Assembly: GCF_003918875.1 (NCBI RefSeq)
Contig: NW_025765148.1
Span: 124,001-188,000, forward strand
Source: Haliotis rubra
Lineage: Eukaryota
Length of the DNA: 64,000 nucleotides
Direction: 5' to 3'
Shown here: piece by piece, positions 60,780 through 64,000 of the stretch
Position numbering within the stretch: the stretch's first letter is position 1
Layout: the number at the start of each line of letters is the position of its first letter
Position numbers and translations under genes: made by a program
The notes under the pieces: model-generated
Databases searched by the model: none
What the model saw: the letters and a program-made list of their open reading frames with translations, nothing else
What the model was told of the DNA's origin: nothing

Positions 60780-63634
60780 TACTGAACATCATTGAAAACG
60801 CACCACCTGTATTAGTTTGGATTTCCAAGAGCATAAATGAGCAATCGGTGTAAATTTTACATACTTTTGTAGTCCAATGATTGGTAAAGAAAAGAAACAA
60901 GAACCAATCCAGCAAAACAGTGAAGTTTTAATTCTGCTGGCCATGAAAGAAAGATGGAGTCAAATTGGAAAGTCAGTAACGTGTATGACCACCGTTAGCA
61001 GCAGCACAAGCTGTGCAACGTCTCCTCATTGAACTGATAAGTCTCTGAATAATGTTTTGAGGCCATGCATTCTACTCTTGTTGCAAGGCATTCTCAAGTT
61101 CCCAAAGGTTGTTGATCTGTGGGTGATGTGAGAAGCGTTGGCCGATGTAATCCCACAAGTGTTCAATGGGAGACAAATCTGGTGACAATGCAGGCCATGG
61201 AAGTTGAGGAATGTTGTTTGCCAGAAACTGTGTTGCAACACGTGCAGTGTGCGCTCGAGCATTGTCCTACTGGAATGTGTGCAGATCTTGATGTTGGTTA
61301 AAGAAGGGAACAACGTTGTTCTGAAGAATGGTGTCACGGTAGTAAAGGGCATTCACTCTGCCACGACAAACTACCAGAGCGGTTTTGTGATGATAACTGA
61401 TCCCTCCCCACACCATAATGCTTCCTCCACCCCACCGATCTGTTTGTACAACACAGTCCTGATGGTAACGTTCTCCCCGTCAACGCCATACCCGTGGACG
61501 CCCAGCAGCATTTCGCAAGTGAACACGTGACTCGTCAAAGAACACAACACCATGCCAACGTCGTAACAACCACAAACGATGCTGTTCAGCCCATCATCGG
61601 CGTTCATGGCGATGTCTATCAGTCAGGATGGGTCCAACATAAGGGCAACGACACCGTAATCCTGCTGCACGGAGACTGCGTTGGACGGTGGAAGCACTGA
61701 TCAAACCACATCGGCCTTGGACAGCGTTGGCGGTTCTGGTAGCCGGCAACGTACGACCCCGAATATGGCGCCGAACAATATCTGGATCTTGGCGAGGGGT
61801 GGTAACATGTGCCTGGCCAGGACGTTGGCGGTCCCTGGTGATTCCTGTTTGTTGGTACCTGTTGGCAAGTCTTATGATGGTGGAATAATAATATAAATAA
61901 TAATAGGCCATTTATATAGCGCCTTTCCACGTCACAGGGATATGCTCAAAGCGCTTCCTGAGCTCAAGTTAAAACTATATACAGTTGGCAGGTACGGATG
62001 ATTGGAAGTCACTTGTAGCGAAGAAATAGATGAGTCTTTAGTCGTGTTTTGAGTGTACTTAGGGAAGGAGATGATTTTAACTCGATAGGGAGAGAGTTCC
62101 ACAGAGAAGCTGCTGCATATGAAAAGGTCCTTGAGCCAAATGATTTGAGACTGTAGCTCGGGACAGCAAGTAACAGTTGTTGTGATGGCGCAGGGTTCTT
62201 TCTGGAGAGTAATGTGTCAGAAGGTCTTGAAGGTAGGAAGGTCCTGAGTTGTAGAAAGACTGGTAGGTGAGGCAGAGAATCTTGAAATCAATCCTTTCCG
62301 CGAATCACGGAGCCAGTGTAGAGAGTTTAGGATGGGAGAGATGTGACAGCGAGGACTGGTGAGAGTGATGATGCGTGCAGCTTTGTTCTGGATTTTCTGA
62401 AGGCGATGGAGTTGAGAGGAAGAGATGCCAAACAGTAAACTGTTGCAGTAATCCAGGCGGGATAAAATCAGTGTCCGCACAAAGGGTGGCAGTGGCTTCT
62501 TTGTTAGGACTTTGCGGATGCTGCCGATGTTCTTCAGATGGTAGTGGCAGGTCTTTACTAGATGATTTATTTGCTTGTCCATGCTGAGGTTTGAGTCCAA
62601 AAGAGCGCCAAGGTTTTTCACAAGAGGAGAAAAAGGAATCGAAGATTGCCCAATGGAGATATCTTTGATGATAAGGTTTAGTTGTCTTGAGATTGTGGAG
62701 ATGACCATTGTTTCTGTTTTATAGTCGTTAAGTTTCAGCTTGTTAGCAGACATCCAGGATCTTGTGCTCGAGAGGCATGCTTCAAGGTTGGACTTGCACT
62801 CTAACTGACTTTGTTCTGACGACTTAAAACTGTCAAACAATTGGCTGTCGTCCGCATAGAAATGATGAGGCACATGATAAGCAGACATCAGTTTTCCGAG
62901 CGGTTGAGTATACAGGGAGAAAAGAGTTGGTCCAAGAACTGATCCCTGGGGAACTCCACAGGTTAGGGTGTGACTGGATGATGAAGACGTTCCGATGTGA
63001 ATGGACTGGGTTCTGTCTGAAAGGTAGGATCTTAGCCAGTCAAGAACTGTATTAGTCAAACCAAATTCTTTCACCAAACGCTCAAGAAGAATTTCATGGT
63101 TAATTGTGTCGAAAGCCGCAGATAAATCCAGGAGGACAAGCAAAGCAGATTCACCATGGTCGACTGCGGATCTGACAGAGTTCAAGACATAATTTAGAGC
63201 AATGGCAACCAAATTGAGAAATAGAGAGATGGCAACCAAATTGTCTGGCAATAATCCTGCTTGATGTGCCAACCTGCAACATGCCCAACGCCAGTTCTCG
63301 TTCCTCTGGTGCCAATCTTGACATTGTAAAATAAACTTTACTTGTGGAGGTACAGATAAGATGAGAAAGTTATTTTGCTGACGGTCATTTATACCCCTAA
63401 TCAGCATGTTTTACGCATGCAATTTGTGCTTTTCGTGTGTGTTGTGCATGAATTTTGTTGTTGTCATGTGATGTGTTCCATGATGTGTTCGGGCAATCCG
63501 TTCTTTACTGTACAGCATTATTTATTGTCTTTTGTGTTATTAACAACATTTCCAACGTTCATTTTCACTCTCAAAACAATCCTATTACCATATTTCAAAA
63601 TTTATAGGTGGTGCGTTTTCAATGATGTTCAGTA
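60780..63634 (-). mobile_element. Tc1 transposon with disrupted DDE transposase, interrupted by an L2 LINE
   Basis: 29-bp TIR TACTGAACATCATTGAAAACGCACCACCT, TA TSDs; transposase starts at 63324 (MSRLAPEERELALGML) and resumes at about 61884 (STIIRL..FFDES..DNARAH..SPDLSPIEHLW..GGHTRY). Confidence 0.92.
61885..63200 (-). mobile_element. 5'-truncated L2-clade LINE nested in Tc1
   Basis: LLDLSAAFDT, GVPQGSVLGP, YADD, SRLDYCN, LHWL motifs; 3' AGCGCTTTGAG..GCGCTATATAAAT and (TAT)n tail. Confidence 0.9.
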
Positions 63635-64000
63635 TATATATATGACAGCACTCAGCATTAATGGGATCTTGGCGTCCCTTCAGGATTTCATGATACATTA
63701 TTTGAATTTAGAGCCCATTTCTTTCTTAACAAGGCTAGAGCATGGTCCCTTGACTTTCATTGTATGTGTTTGGGCACAGCTAAGTGGCACCCAACTGTAC
63801 ACAGTGCCCCAAGCTTATGGTAATTAGTATTTTCATTTTGCTATGACTAAATTTTAACTTTCACACATCCTGCATAAGTTTAGTTGTCTCAGGTTGGATT
63901 TGTCTTCTCTGGAGATGAGAAGAAACAGAAAGATGTCTTTTCTATGTGTGGTCAAATTTCAATTTGTATAATTCTTTGGAAAAACTTGTTGTCTTTACAG

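Noticed and set aside
62217-63407. 396-aa ORF as a transposase-RT fusion gene
   Set aside because: The Tc1 ATG (63324) is out of frame with the RT; the LINE is 5'-truncated and frameshifted at its 3' end

Overview
AT-rich, intron-containing animal genomic DNA. The SINE repertoire suggests a gastropod mollusc, possibly abalone; this is an inference only. Six spliced housekeeping genes were reconstructed by hand with GT-AG junctions and consistent reading phases: MED19 (+, 6 coding exons, 240 aa), PGAM5 (-, 5 exons, 287 aa), TPRKB/CGI-121 (+, 4 exons, 177 aa, head-to-head with PGAM5), AIP (+, 6 exons, 332 aa), RAB35 (-, 6 exons, 200 aa) and the first two exons of ABHD11 (+). Introns and intergenic DNA hold several SINE families, MITEs (hAT, Tigger/pogo, PIF/Harbinger, Kolobok), a Tc1 element with a nested L2 LINE, a hAT MITE with a nested Rex/Babar-like LINE, and large locus-specific minisatellites. 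The most notable observations are: (1) intronic minisatellites whose units carry splicing signals on the sense strand of the host gene (CAG|GTAAG in PGAM5; G|GTGAGT, a triplicated real donor, an acceptor-derived unit and about 40 UGCAUG Rbfox motifs in AIP); (2) four Penelope-type minimal hammerhead ribozyme motifs with a U3-A8 core; (3) a SINE-like family headed by a pseudoknot-forming module instead of a tRNA; (4) a palindromic element built from two inverted tRNA-like heads. Most long ORFs in the supplied track are tandem-repeat or transposon artefacts. Gene identities rest on recalled similarity to vertebrate orthologues; no database search was run.
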